Below, piece after piece: positions 1 to 9,532 of a DNA stretch of 64,000 nucleotides. The stretch's first letter is position 1. Every line of letters begins with the position of its first letter. The notes beneath the pieces were generated by a model. That model was not told the origin of the DNA, did not search any database, and saw only the letters and a list, made by a program, of their open reading frames with translations. Location: contig JBLWXV010000001.1 of assembly GCA_048267245.1 (NCBI GenBank), positions 195,487 to 259,486 of the forward strand, written 5' to 3'. The stretch is from Bacteriovoracaceae bacterium (GTDB lineage: Bacteria; Bdellovibrionota; Bacteriovoracia; Bacteriovoracales; Bacteriovoracaceae). Made by a program: the position numbers and the translations under genes.

Positions 1-121
1 ATGCCTGCAAGGTAGTAAAAACATCTGCCCAGCGATAGTACCTTCCCCACTCAAAGATGGAGGTCGCTGCAGCGACGATCAGTAGGAGAGCAAAGAGCTT
101 TCTAGCATAGTGACTTAGCAT
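1..121 (-). CDS. hypothetical membrane-anchored protein, N-terminal fragment that continues past the left edge
   Basis: The ATG at 121-119 directly abuts the amt stop codon (TAAATG). It reads MLSHYARKLFALLLIVAAATSIFEW... and stays open to position 1. Only about 40 codons are visible, so no family can be assigned. Confidence 0.3.
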   Translation of the reverse strand, partial: MLSHYARKLFALLLIVAAATSIFEWGRYYRWADVFTTLQA

Positions 122-1273
122 TTATTCAAAAACCTTCTCACCATGATCTGTGACATCTAAAGTGGCTAGCTCAGCTTTCATATCAGTTCTTGTTAACTTC
201 TCTATCAATTTTAAGAGTAACCAGGTCATGAGTAGTGAATAAATTATCACGACCGCACTAGACACTAAATTTGCCCATAGCGCCCCCTTCGAAGCGATTA
301 CTCCAGTGATGATCGCACCTACTAGACCTGAAAGACCGTGACTAACAAAGACGTCAACTGCATCATCGACCTTTAGAATGTGATGAAAAATGCGCACACA
401 ATAGTAGATAAATGGACCGCTCAGAAGGCCAATGACCATTGCACCACCTGGAGAGATAACTCCTGCGGCTGGAGTGATCGCAACCAAAGCGCTGATCATG
501 CTTAGTGCTAGATTGCTTAGTGTGACTCTATGTGGAGTGTGCATAAATTCAACGATTGCCCCAGAGAAAATTGCACAAACACCACTTATCCAAGTCACTT
601 GAATTGCCTTTATAGATACATCAGACCATTCATAAGCAGATCCACTATTAAAGCCAAGCCATCCAATAAATATTAACCCCATTCCCAAGAAAATCATTCG
701 CTGATCAAGCCTTGGACGAAAGTTAAAGTAGTCGCTCCTTCTTCCACATACAATGGCCAGTACCAGCGCAGAGAAGCCAGCAGAGATATGAACGACAATC
801 CCTCCAGCAAAATCAATTGCACCAAGCCTTGCAAAGACACCACCTGGATTCCACACCCAGTGGGCCACTGGAAGATAGACTAGTATTGGCCAGAGAATGG
901 AGATGGCCAAAGCCACTTTCAACCTCAATCTCTCGAGGGCCGAACCGATAAAAATATACGTGGCGATAGCGCAAAAGAAAGCCTGAAAGAGAGAGAAAAC
1001 CTCAGGAGAGAGTGTGTTTACGAAGTAGATATTTCCCGAGGCAGGCACCCCGATTAGACCTCTCCAACTTTGTCCAAGTACGAGTTGCTCCCCAACAATC
1101 AACCACACGACAAAGCTACTCGCCAGTATTACCCAACTCTGTACTAAGGGGGAGAGGGCATATTGCTTGCGAACCGATCCTGAATATATGAGTGCCATTC
1201 CAAAGAAGAGAGCCGCTAGCAAAATAAAGCAAAACAGAACAAATAAGTTATTAAGCATAAGTCTTCCTAACAC
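122..1273 (-). CDS. amt: ammonium transporter (Amt/MEP family)
   Basis: 383-aa polytopic protein. It carries the Amt signature AIDFAGGIVVHISAGFSALVLAIVCGRR plus the C-terminal HGLSGLVGAIITG segment. Confidence 0.88.
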   Translation of the reverse strand: MLGRLMLNNLFVLFCFILLAALFFGMALIYSGSVRKQYALSPLVQSWVILASSFVVWLIVGEQLVLGQSWRGLIGVPASGNIYFVNTLSPEVFSLFQAFFCAIATYIFIGSALERLRLKVALAISILWPILVYLPVAHWVWNPGGVFARLGAIDFAGGIVVHISAGFSALVLAIVCGRRSDYFNFRPRLDQRMIFLGMGLIFIGWLGFNSGSAYEWSDVSIKAIQVTWISGVCAIFSGAIVEFMHTPHRVTLSNLALSMISALVAITPAAGVISPGGAMVIGLLSGPFIYYCVRIFHHILKVDDAVDVFVSHGLSGLVGAIITGVIASKGALWANLVSSAVVIIYSLLMTWLLLKLIEKLTRTDMKAELATLDVTDHGEKVFE

Positions 1274-1350
1274 TCTGTGATTTTATGATTGGTCTCAATA
1301 ATATTATAATGATACTTTAAGCTGTATATTTCAACGAATAGGCTCCTTTT

Positions 1351-3210
1351 ATGCATGGATTTTACGCTTATGCGCCTCGCGAGAGCGCTCAGCAAACAGA
1401 GCATCCATGGGACTTTGAAGACCCGTATTTTAAAGTTAACTTTGAAGGGGCACAGAATTGGCTATTTTCAGATTATCTTGTGCTAATTCAAGGCCATCAC
1501 CTACAAGAGCTCAGCACACTAAGTCCTCTCTCACTCGGTGAGCAGCAGGTTAGGTTGCTTACAGAGCAAATTCTTCAACAAGGAGCGAGTTCACTTCGTG
1601 CCTTTGATGGCGATCTCCTTGTCCTCATTTATAACTTAAAGCAACATGAACTCACGATCGCCAATAATCGCACCCAAGCCCACAAGCTCTATTACTCGGC
1701 GCTAGATTCATCCTTTCTCTTTTCAGATCACATGTCTCACTTCAAGGAGATGAATCTGCCAGTTCAGATTAATCTTGGAAGTGTACTTGGCTTTATGAGC
1801 AACGGGTTTACGATGGCCGATCAAACCCAAATGAATGGTGTCAAAAAATTGCTCCCTGCTTTTGTGGTTAAGGTTACTCCATCAGGTCCAAATTTTAGCG
1901 AGTACTGGTCTGAAGACTTTCACTTCAAGAAAAGTTCTCTGGGCAATATCGATCAGGCCATCGATCTCTATGAGAATCTTTATCAAAAGGGTGTCGAAAG
2001 CTTTATACAAGGCCACGAAACCAAGGAATTGGGAACACTTTTAAGTGGCGGCCATGATACATCATTCTGTCTCATTCAATCTTCCAAAGTCTTTCCCAAA
2101 CCTCTCCACACCTTCACATGTACTTTTCCAAACTGGGTCTTCAACGAAGAGGACTATGCTGGTCATCTCTCTCGGCGCTTTAATGCTAAATTTCATCCAG
2201 TTCCATTTGAATCTCATCACCTCGATCAAGTCATTGGACTCATTCACGATTGCCAAGAGCCCGTAGTTGGCAGCTGCTTGCCACTTTATATTCTTGGCAA
2301 GCACGCAAAGAATCATGTTGATACGTTATTTGGTGGTGATGGGGGAGATACACTCTGGGGTGAGTATTATCCGGTTCAAGAATATCACCGCTGGGTAAAA
2401 AACCTTCCGCTGGGTGCAAGAAAGCTCCTCCATAGTATTGCAACGGGACTTAGAGACCTGACGGATTGGGAGCGCTTCTGGGAGCTCTCTCATGTCAGTT
2501 CTCTTTTTACCTCTAATGATTATTACGATGACTTCATGAGAAAGCTTTGTACCTATCGCCACTTTCCAGACGATCTACAGGCTCGCCTTTTCACTGAAGA
2601 CACTCTCAGACACGAGATTCCAAGAAGCGCACTCGAGATTCCATTTAATAAAGAGAATTTTTCCCGCTCTCTCATAGAAGGAAAGCTCTATAATGCCTTC
2701 TTCACATACCAAAGCTTTAGTCAGTACCGAACCTTAGAGGCTTCTGGGTTGAATATTTTCTTTCCCACACTTTCTAAGCCTGTGATGGATTTCATCTGCT
2801 CTCTTCCTTGGAAGTGGGTCAATGGTGGCACTACCTTTCATCGCCTCACCAACAATAAGGTCATTAACAGACGCTTTCATAAAGTTGCCCTTGCTCGTTA
2901 TCTCTACCAAGATGAAATTTACAATCGCAGTTTCGATATGCCCTGGCACACCATCTTGGTACCGAGAGTTCACGTCCTAGAAAAGCTACAAGCTGCTCTT
3001 ATTAAGCGTGGCTGGTTCAATGCTGATGAATTGCGCGCCCTCTTTAGAGAGTTTCAATCTCAGGGTGTTAAAGATTGGGAGCTACTAGAGCTCAAGCATC
3101 ACGGCTATCGCATCTACACGTTATTGGTTCTAGAAGTTTGGACGCGACTCTATATCGATGGCCTAAAAGGCTTTGATGAGAAAACAATGTTAGAGGATTT
3201 TTTAAGCTAG
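1351..3210 (+). CDS. asparagine synthase (AsnB) family protein lacking the N-terminal Cys nucleophile
   Basis: 619 aa. The PP-loop LLSGGHDTS matches the SGGxDS class. The N-terminal amidotransferase-like segment NNRTQAHKLYY resembles RDRxGxKPLYY. Residue 2 is His (MHGF), not the catalytic Cys (MCG). Confidence 0.8.
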   Translation: MHGFYAYAPRESAQQTEHPWDFEDPYFKVNFEGAQNWLFSDYLVLIQGHHLQELSTLSPLSLGEQQVRLLTEQILQQGASSLRAFDGDLLVLIYNLKQHELTIANNRTQAHKLYYSALDSSFLFSDHMSHFKEMNLPVQINLGSVLGFMSNGFTMADQTQMNGVKKLLPAFVVKVTPSGPNFSEYWSEDFHFKKSSLGNIDQAIDLYENLYQKGVESFIQGHETKELGTLLSGGHDTSFCLIQSSKVFPKPLHTFTCTFPNWVFNEEDYAGHLSRRFNAKFHPVPFESHHLDQVIGLIHDCQEPVVGSCLPLYILGKHAKNHVDTLFGGDGGDTLWGEYYPVQEYHRWVKNLPLGARKLLHSIATGLRDLTDWERFWELSHVSSLFTSNDYYDDFMRKLCTYRHFPDDLQARLFTEDTLRHEIPRSALEIPFNKENFSRSLIEGKLYNAFFTYQSFSQYRTLEASGLNIFFPTLSKPVMDFICSLPWKWVNGGTTFHRLTNNKVINRRFHKVALARYLYQDEIYNRSFDMPWHTILVPRVHVLEKLQAALIKRGWFNADELRALFREFQSQGVKDWELLELKHHGYRIYTLLVLEVWTRLYIDGLKGFDEKTMLEDFLS

Positions 3211-3228
3211 GGCTTTTAAGAAGAAAAG

Positions 3229-3305
3229 TGGCGCAACCGGCAGGATTCGAACCTGCGACCACTTGATTCGTAGTCAAGTACTCTATCCAACTGAGCTACG
3301 GCTGC
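3229..3305 (-). tRNA. tRNA-Arg (anticodon ACG), CCA encoded
   Basis: The reverse complement is GCAGCCGTAGCTCAGTTGGATAGAGTACTTGACTACGAATCAAGTGGTCGCAGGTTCGAATCCTGCCGGTTGCGCCA. It folds as a cloverleaf with acceptor GCAGCCG/CGGTTGC and anticodon loop CTACGAA. It closely resembles the E. coli Arg-ACG tRNA. Confidence 0.95.
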
Positions 3306-3326
3306 ATTAACTTTTCAAGTTCTGGT

Positions 3327-3355
3327 TTTTTAAGCCTTGCGACTGACTTTGTCAA
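3327..3355 (-). promoter_or_regulatory. putative sigma70-type promoter for tRNA-Arg
   Basis: The minus strand reads TTGACA, then 17 nt, then TAAAAA, about 21 nt upstream of the tRNA 5' end. This is a pattern match only. Confidence 0.35.
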
Positions 3356-3884
3356 TCACTCAGGAAAGTTTTCTCTTTGGCTAACGGCCCAACCCCCTAA
3401 AATCACAATATTTTGCTCAATGCCAAACTCGCTGTGCTATGATCTCTTCATTATGGTTCAATAAAGCCCGCCCTTTTCTCTAATTTCCCATTTTTTATTT
3501 ATTCCTTTGTCCTAGGAGACATCGCCATGAACACAGCAAGCTGGGTGTGCTTTTTCGTCAATATTTCTCTCTTCCCTATGGGAGCTTGCTGTGAAATTTA
3601 CATACATTATTACGTTCCTCCTCTCCTGGAGCCTCTATACCAATGATCGCCTCTCGCTAAGAAGAAACTCTTCAAGCACTCGCTCGGCCCACACCGAGAG
3701 AGTCTGGGAGGAGTCCCAACTTAGGATCAGGAGACGCTCAAGGCTAAGAAGGTCATCTAAGCACAAGAGGAGGCCAAAGGACCTATATAAGAATCCTAGG
3801 CACCAGAACTCTATGCCTAGGTCTCATCGCTATTCTAATCAACGTTCTCTTAGAAGGATGTATCGCAATGGATGACATCTTGAG

Positions 3885-4019
<135 letters not shown>

Positions 4020-4022
<3 letters not shown>

Positions 4023-4409
4023 GATCAAGAAGCGCAAAAGCGTGCTCAAGCTAGAACTGTCATCGTTAAGGCCGTCTTTCCAGGAACCACAAATCACTAT
4101 CAGACCCTGTTTGGAGGCACGACTCTACAGTGGATGGATGAAGTCGCCTTCATTACAGCAACGAGGTATGGCCGAAGTAAGTTCGTTACTGTCTCAAGCG
4201 ACAGAATCGATTTCAAAGAGCCCATCCCCGCTGGTCACTTGGTCGAACTGATTGGAGAAGTGGTTAAAGTTGGCCGCTCGAGCCTAGTTGTTGAAGTCAC
4301 CATCTATGTTGAAGAAATGTATTCAACTCAGAGAAAGCTCGCCGTTAGTGGCCACTTCACCTTGGTCTGCGTGGGTGAAGATCGAAAACCTACGGCCATA
4401 AACCATTGA
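4020..4409 (+). CDS. acyl-CoA thioesterase, hotdog fold (YciA/4HBT-like)
   Basis: 129 aa. TNHYQTLFGGTTLQWMDEVAFITA ... VTVSSDRIDFKEPIPAGHLVELIGEVVKVGRSSLVVEV is the typical hotdog thioesterase pattern. Confidence 0.85.
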
Positions 4410-4425
4410 AATAACGGACATTCCG

Positions 4426-4463
4426 CTAGGTGTTTACATTGTGAACACCTAGTGGAGTTTTTT
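4426..4463 (+). terminator. terminator/attenuator-like hairpin
   Basis: A perfect 9-bp stem CTAGGTGTT/AACACCTAG encloses a 9-nt loop. After 5 nt comes TTTTTT. The gap before the T-run makes it atypical. Confidence 0.4.
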
Positions 4464-4535
4464 CAAGTGGGCCCACTTGCGCGCCCATGGCGGGTAATCT
4501 GGATCTTAAGTATTCATACAGAAAGGATCCCCCAG

Positions 4536-5801
4536 ATGAAACGCTACCTTCTTGCACTCTCTACACTTATCTCTATTCAGTCGGCCCTCGCGACTCCCAT
4601 GCATATCGGCTCAGGGGATGTCTGTAGAGTGAAAGCACTCAATAAGATCAAGGGCAACTCTGCCTGCGTCTGTGAAGTCATGAAAAAGGAGGAATGGAAT
4701 AAGAATGAGTACGCCTTTTACAAAATTGGTTGCGGCAAGTGGCTCAACTCACAATCCTGTGATCAAAAAATTATCGTAGATACTAAAGACAATATAGAAG
4801 GCTTTCTCTCTTCAATCCCAAACCTCTCACATGTAAAGGTAGGCTATGTTGGACACTGGGCTTCAGCAGAGGGAACAGTAGAGTATTTAAAAGATCGAAT
4901 TATTCCAATTGCAAACAATTATGATGTCCCAGTCTTCTATGACAATACGGCCTGCCAAGGGGCGAGCAATCCACTCTTAATTAGAAATTTTATCAACTCA
5001 CAACCTGAGCACTTACAGAATAAAATTATAGTGAAGGCCAATCAAAATATTTCAGTGGGTGAGTGGGACTCCATTCTCAAGCCAATCCTCACATCAAACA
5101 CAGAAATCACCATGTGTTCAAAAGGACTAGAGATTCCTAACTGCAGTGATTTCAATAGAAGAAATTGTTCTATTTCTATAAATGGAGGCGATACAAGCGG
5201 ATGCATCGACAAGAACAATCAGTTCAAAGTCTATAAATGCACTGACGTTAAGGAAAATAGAAGTGGTCGTTTTGAGCTTGGTAAGTGGAGAGAAGTTGAT
5301 ATGCGCTCAAGAGGCTCTCAAATCATTGAGACTACGATTAGTGATATTAATCCTACAGACTTCGCTTACGTCACTGGTACTAAGACAATAACAAACAAGG
5401 AACTCTTAGAAGAATATGGATACGAGAACGACTCTTTAGAGATAACCGATAGCAAACTTCTTATGATTGATTATCAAACTTACCACAACCAAGAAGCTAT
5501 GGCAGTGCAAGAGAAATTAAGAGAGATGTTTGGAAGATTTAGTTATATTAGTGATCGTCCAGAGCACTTAAGTGTAAGCCTCTATAAAGCTCAAAAATCA
5601 CCACTCACCTTGGAAGACGCTCCCGTCTATATTCTTATCGATCAGAACTCAAATATCCCAATGAGAGTCAGTCGAGATAGAAGTAAGCTTGAGTTTTTTC
5701 AAAAATCTAAAAACCCGATTATGAACTACTATCACATGTATGCGGATGAGCTTGAAACAGCAATCCCAGTAAGGTTTATCGAGAGCTTCCTAAATCGCTA
5801 A
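4536..5801 (+). CDS. secreted Cys-rich hypothetical protein
   Basis: I chose the internal ATG at 4536, preceded by AAAGGA. It gives the signal peptide MKRYLLALSTLISIQSALA. About 13 Cys are scattered through the mature part. No motif is recognisable. Confidence 0.7.
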   Translation: MKRYLLALSTLISIQSALATPMHIGSGDVCRVKALNKIKGNSACVCEVMKKEEWNKNEYAFYKIGCGKWLNSQSCDQKIIVDTKDNIEGFLSSIPNLSHVKVGYVGHWASAEGTVEYLKDRIIPIANNYDVPVFYDNTACQGASNPLLIRNFINSQPEHLQNKIIVKANQNISVGEWDSILKPILTSNTEITMCSKGLEIPNCSDFNRRNCSISINGGDTSGCIDKNNQFKVYKCTDVKENRSGRFELGKWREVDMRSRGSQIIETTISDINPTDFAYVTGTKTITNKELLEEYGYENDSLEITDSKLLMIDYQTYHNQEAMAVQEKLREMFGRFSYISDRPEHLSVSLYKAQKSPLTLEDAPVYILIDQNSNIPMRVSRDRSKLEFFQKSKNPIMNYYHMYADELETAIPVRFIESFLNR

Positions 5802-6426
5802 TTAATTGAGCTGGCCTATTATACTTTGATAGTAGGCCATGAAACGCTCTTCCCATTGAAACCGGTTCATCCTTGGCCATAAGAGCTCTGAGATTTATCT
5901 TTAATTCTTTGCGCACCTGATCTTCATCATCTCGCTTTATCTCATAGAGCTTAAACAAGTTTTCAAGTGGTTCCCCGCGCCCTCTTGCAATTGATGTCAT
6001 TAGGTTGGCTCGATTGGCGGCGACAAATTTAATCGTTTCACGCTCTAGAAAGCTTGTCTTCTTAGCGCTTGATGTTAGTTCAATCAGGTAGCTATTTGGG
6101 CTATACTCAATCATCTTTCCCGTGAGGGCATCGGTCCCCCAAGATAGCCAACTCGTAAGATTGAAGATAGCTACCTTATTGAGCGTCTTGTGTATCCTCA
6201 CTTCCTTTGTCTCATGGCCATCTTTCATCACTTTCAAAGTAATATTTGCGAAAGTATCTCTTTTAAAAGATTTTTTAAAAGGAGTTACGCCGAGCAATTC
6301 ACTTCCCTTATAGACCTTCGCGCCTGCAGGTATTGAGGTGAAACTTATCTCATCTGCACTTGGGCTAAAGAGCGTGCCACACGATGATAAAATTATTGCC
6401 GACAAAAGAACTAACACGTAGTTCAT
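5776..6426 (-). CDS. PEGA-domain lipoprotein
   Basis: The lipobox is MNYVLVLLSAIILSSC. The PEGA-like motif is SIPAGAKVYKGSELLGVTPFK. Confidence 0.72.
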   Translation of the reverse strand: MNYVLVLLSAIILSSCGTLFSPSADEISFTSIPAGAKVYKGSELLGVTPFKKSFKRDTFANITLKVMKDGHETKEVRIHKTLNKVAIFNLTSWLSWGTDALTGKMIEYSPNSYLIELTSSAKKTSFLERETIKFVAANRANLMTSIARGRGEPLENLFKLYEIKRDDEDQVRKELKINLRALMAKDEPVSMGRAFHGLLSKYNRPAQLISDLGSSR

Positions 6427-6492
6427 ATAGACTCCTTAATTCTCATTTGAACTATAGCTTAGTTGGACTCAACTAGATTTTCTAGAGCGAAT

Positions 6493-8082
6493 TTAGAAGG
6501 GAGGAGATTTATCGATTACATCGCGGATATAATCTAAATGCTCAAATTCGTCTGCACTGCGTCCCGTACAGAGGTTGACGTCTCTCCAACCTTGATCGCA
6601 GAGAGATCTAGCAAGCTCCTCACCCTGCACTCCATTTCCAAGATCGGAGTCGATATAGAATATTGTCTCTTTGCTCATAGCTTCGAGTGAATCCTTCAAC
6701 TCACTCCAACTCTCAAAGGTGGTCAGCTGTACTCCAACTTCACTGGCCCTAAGTTTCCAATTGAGCCTAACCAATTCGTCATTATCAAGTAAAACGAATT
6801 CTCTATCTCTTAAAATAGGAATGAATAAAATGGCCCTCGTTCCAACACCAAGAGTTGATTCATACCTTAGGCCTCCACTCCATTTCTGAGCTTCTCTCAT
6901 GGCAGCTTTTACCGCAATTCCATTGCCACCGCTCTTGCCCATACTTATTTCTTCTAACCCAATTTTCTGCACCAGCTCCTCACTCATTCCAATGCCTTCG
7001 TCCTCGACGATGATGAGAATATTCTGATCACGTAGTTCCGTAGCGATAGTGATCTGAGACTCTGCCTCTGAAGCCTCAATCGCATTGTTAATTAGATTTG
7101 AAATTATTCTTCTAAACTGCGGGCCATTAACGCGAACCCTTATGTCAGTGTGAGTACTCTCAACATTGAGTTTCAGCTTGTAGTTTGGAACTTCGGCCTT
7201 TTTGTGATCAACAATTGTCTTTAATTCCTCAGCAACCAAGATGTTCTCGCGACGAATTGCTCGATTCTCTCCAAGTAAATCATCGGCAATCTCTCTAATT
7301 CTCTCGACAGAGTCCTTTGCCAGTTGCTCTGAGCCTCCTCCTAAAAAACTCTCAAGAGCGGCTAGGGGAGAACGGATATCGTGAGCAACTTGCTTGGCTA
7401 CCTGTGCAATTTTATCACTGATTTTTAAATCGATATTTTCTTGATTCTTTATTGCAAGGTTATTTTTGAGTTTCTGAAGTGCTTCTTCAAGAGGTCTCAG
7501 CTCCCTTATCGGAGTCTTCACTGACCCAAGAGAATTTAGATCAGAGAGTTTTGAAATTTCGAGAGAAACTTCACCGACTTTGTGCGAGAGTTTTTTTGAT
7601 ATTAAGAAAATAATGAGCATCAGCAGAAGTGCCGATATAACTAGGCTCGTAATCAACGGGACGATAAAGTTTCTTATCGTAACGCTATTTCTCTGATCCC
7701 AATTGAAGGCAAGCGTTAGTCTTTGTTCAAAAATCTCAACTTCTTTGTGACTAAATTGTGAAGAGCAGCGATCGTCATCCATTTTTGGAAGGACATCAAC
7801 TCCATCCTTACAAACACCTAGACCAACTAGACCAAACTTCTCACCTTGCTTTAGGACGCCCCCACGAGAGTTCACTATATCTCCATAGAGTGCTTGGTCC
7901 TTAAAGACGCCTACTAACAACTCCTCTACGGCATTACGATAAAACTCATTCTTCTTCTGACTTTCCGTTTGTAGGTAATGATAGGACGTTATCGCGAGGG
8001 GAATTTGCATCAAGAAAAGCAAGAGAAGGCCAAAGGAAATCCCCTGGCCCAAGAGTGATTTATTCAAAGTGAATTTTGGCAT
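6493..8082 (-). CDS. hybrid sensor histidine kinase (two TM helices, extracytoplasmic loop, HisKA-HATPase, C-terminal receiver)
   Basis: The H-box is VAHDIRSPLAAL, the N-box is ISNLINNAIEAS, and G1 is EDEGIGM. The receiver-like tail has VLLDND, FYIDSDL and DKSPPF. Two hydrophobic helices flank a loop of about 110 aa that contains two Cys. Confidence 0.88.
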   Translation of the reverse strand: MPKFTLNKSLLGQGISFGLLLLFLMQIPLAITSYHYLQTESQKKNEFYRNAVEELLVGVFKDQALYGDIVNSRGGVLKQGEKFGLVGLGVCKDGVDVLPKMDDDRCSSQFSHKEVEIFEQRLTLAFNWDQRNSVTIRNFIVPLITSLVISALLLMLIIFLISKKLSHKVGEVSLEISKLSDLNSLGSVKTPIRELRPLEEALQKLKNNLAIKNQENIDLKISDKIAQVAKQVAHDIRSPLAALESFLGGGSEQLAKDSVERIREIADDLLGENRAIRRENILVAEELKTIVDHKKAEVPNYKLKLNVESTHTDIRVRVNGPQFRRIISNLINNAIEASEAESQITIATELRDQNILIIVEDEGIGMSEELVQKIGLEEISMGKSGGNGIAVKAAMREAQKWSGGLRYESTLGVGTRAILFIPILRDREFVLLDNDELVRLNWKLRASEVGVQLTTFESWSELKDSLEAMSKETIFYIDSDLGNGVQGEELARSLCDQGWRDVNLCTGRSADEFEHLDYIRDVIDKSPPF

Positions 8083-9532
8083 AATTCACTGTCTCGTCTA
8101 ATGGATCAATATTCTTAAAACTCATTCCCTTGTGGCCAAGAACTAAGCTCGAGTAGTGAATAAGGGGAAGGTAGCCACCAGAAAGACCAACATTCTTAGT
8201 CAGTTCACGCAGATCTTTCACTGATTTGGCTTTATCTGTCTGTTTTAAGATTTCTTTATATCTTTTAAACTGATCAGGCGTCTTATAAACCATTCCCATC
8301 TCTTCGCTAAATACCAGCGCTAGCCATGTGGCCGGATCGGGATCGGCCACCCCAAAGCTAAAGAGAGAGTAATCATAGACATCAGACTTTTCAAAAACTT
8401 TCACAAATTCTACAAGCGAGGGGAGAATTTCCCAGGATATTTTAAACCCCAATTTTGTTGCAATCGCATCCCACTTATTCATCACATATGAGTTGACAGA
8501 ATTTTTATTGGTTACGATTTTAAAGGTTTTCCCCTTCAGCTTGGCTAGATCAACATGTGGATAGTTAATCTCTTCAAATAGCGGATAGCCTAATGGCTGG
8601 AGCGAACGAGCTGGTTTTGAGTCTAAGCTGAGGTCATTTGGAAGATTCTCCGACCAAGCCCTTCCAAGCAAAAGGATGTTTTCACGGTGAGAATCTATCT
8701 TCTCGCCAACAAGAGGCCTTAAAAGAGAGACGCGATCCACACCCCTCGTCCAGTAGGGAGTATCATTGAGCTTAAAGAGCTCAAGCATTTCTGGTGAAAC
8801 AATAGAGTTCTCACGGTGGATATTTGCCCAGGTCTTTCGTTCAATAAAGTCTTTAATGTCGTAATCAATGTTTTTTAGACGAATAAGAATTTTATCGGCG
8901 GCACCCTTGGGGGCCATAAAGTCATGAGTGTTGCGAACAAGGCTCAAAAGATCATCACTAATACTCTCAACTTTGTAAGGACCATTGGTAAGTGTGTTCG
9001 ATTTAACAACCCCATCTTCACTCCAATCGTTAGGATGTGTGATCGCTAAGAAAGCTGAACCCATGCGCGTGAAAAACTCTTTACTTGGCTGCCGATTAAC
9101 CATTGTGATTGCAAAGTGCTTTTCATCAACGATAGTCATCGAAGAGACTTCAATAATCTTCTTTATTGTCTCCCCAAATGTACTCTTCTGAGCTATTGCC
9201 CTTTTGATATTAGCAATTAGTTGCTTCGAATTTACATTTGAACCATCTGACCACTTAGCCTTTGCATCAATTTCAAAAGTATAAGCTCCACTCTCAGAAG
9301 AGAAGGTCCACTTGGAAATTATTCCAGGCTTGGGGTTTCGACTCTCATCGTAGTCAAACCACGTCCTATAAAGGCAGAGATTTAAATCATAATCATCCAT
9401 TGCTTTAAAGGTGAGTGGATCGTGAGGAAGAACCGGTCTTCCGTAGACTTTAATCTCACTAGCAATTGATGTTGATAGAGTCATTAATACCCAAAATAAA
9501 ATGGAGAAGAGCTTCTTACTTTTCACCAGCAA
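8060..9532 (-). CDS. periplasmic solute-binding protein, family 5 (oligopeptide/dipeptide/nickel type)
   Basis: The signal peptide ends ...TSIA-SE. KWSDGSNVNSKQLIANIKRAI resembles the SBP_bac_5 WSDG motif. The size (490 aa) fits. The start is TTG or GTG. It overlaps the HK start by 23 nt. Confidence 0.78.
   Translation of the reverse strand: MLVKSKKLFSILFWVLMTLSTSIASEIKVYGRPVLPHDPLTFKAMDDYDLNLCLYRTWFDYDESRNPKPGIISKWTFSSESGAYTFEIDAKAKWSDGSNVNSKQLIANIKRAIAQKSTFGETIKKIIEVSSMTIVDEKHFAITMVNRQPSKEFFTRMGSAFLAITHPNDWSEDGVVKSNTLTNGPYKVESISDDLLSLVRNTHDFMAPKGAADKILIRLKNIDYDIKDFIERKTWANIHRENSIVSPEMLELFKLNDTPYWTRGVDRVSLLRPLVGEKIDSHRENILLLGRAWSENLPNDLSLDSKPARSLQPLGYPLFEEINYPHVDLAKLKGKTFKIVTNKNSVNSYVMNKWDAIATKLGFKISWEILPSLVEFVKVFEKSDVYDYSLFSFGVADPDPATWLALVFSEEMGMVYKTPDQFKRYKEILKQTDKAKSVKDLRELTKNVGLSGGYLPLIHYSSLVLGHKGMSFKNIDPLDETVNYAKIHFE

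Noticed and set aside
1351-3646. Lasso-peptide idea: the AsnB-like protein as a cyclase, with the 39-codon ORF at 3527 as its precursor
   Set aside because: No transglutaminase-like leader peptidase (B protein) or RRE gene is nearby. A tRNA separates the genes. The putative core GACCEIYIH has no Asp or Glu at position 7-9, and there is no Thr at -2.
3726-3739. Second B12-box-like string ATCAGGAGACGCTC, suggesting tandem cobalamin riboswitches
   Set aside because: The conserved core (GGTGAGAATCC...CGCAACGGT type) is not present upstream of it. This is probably a chance match.
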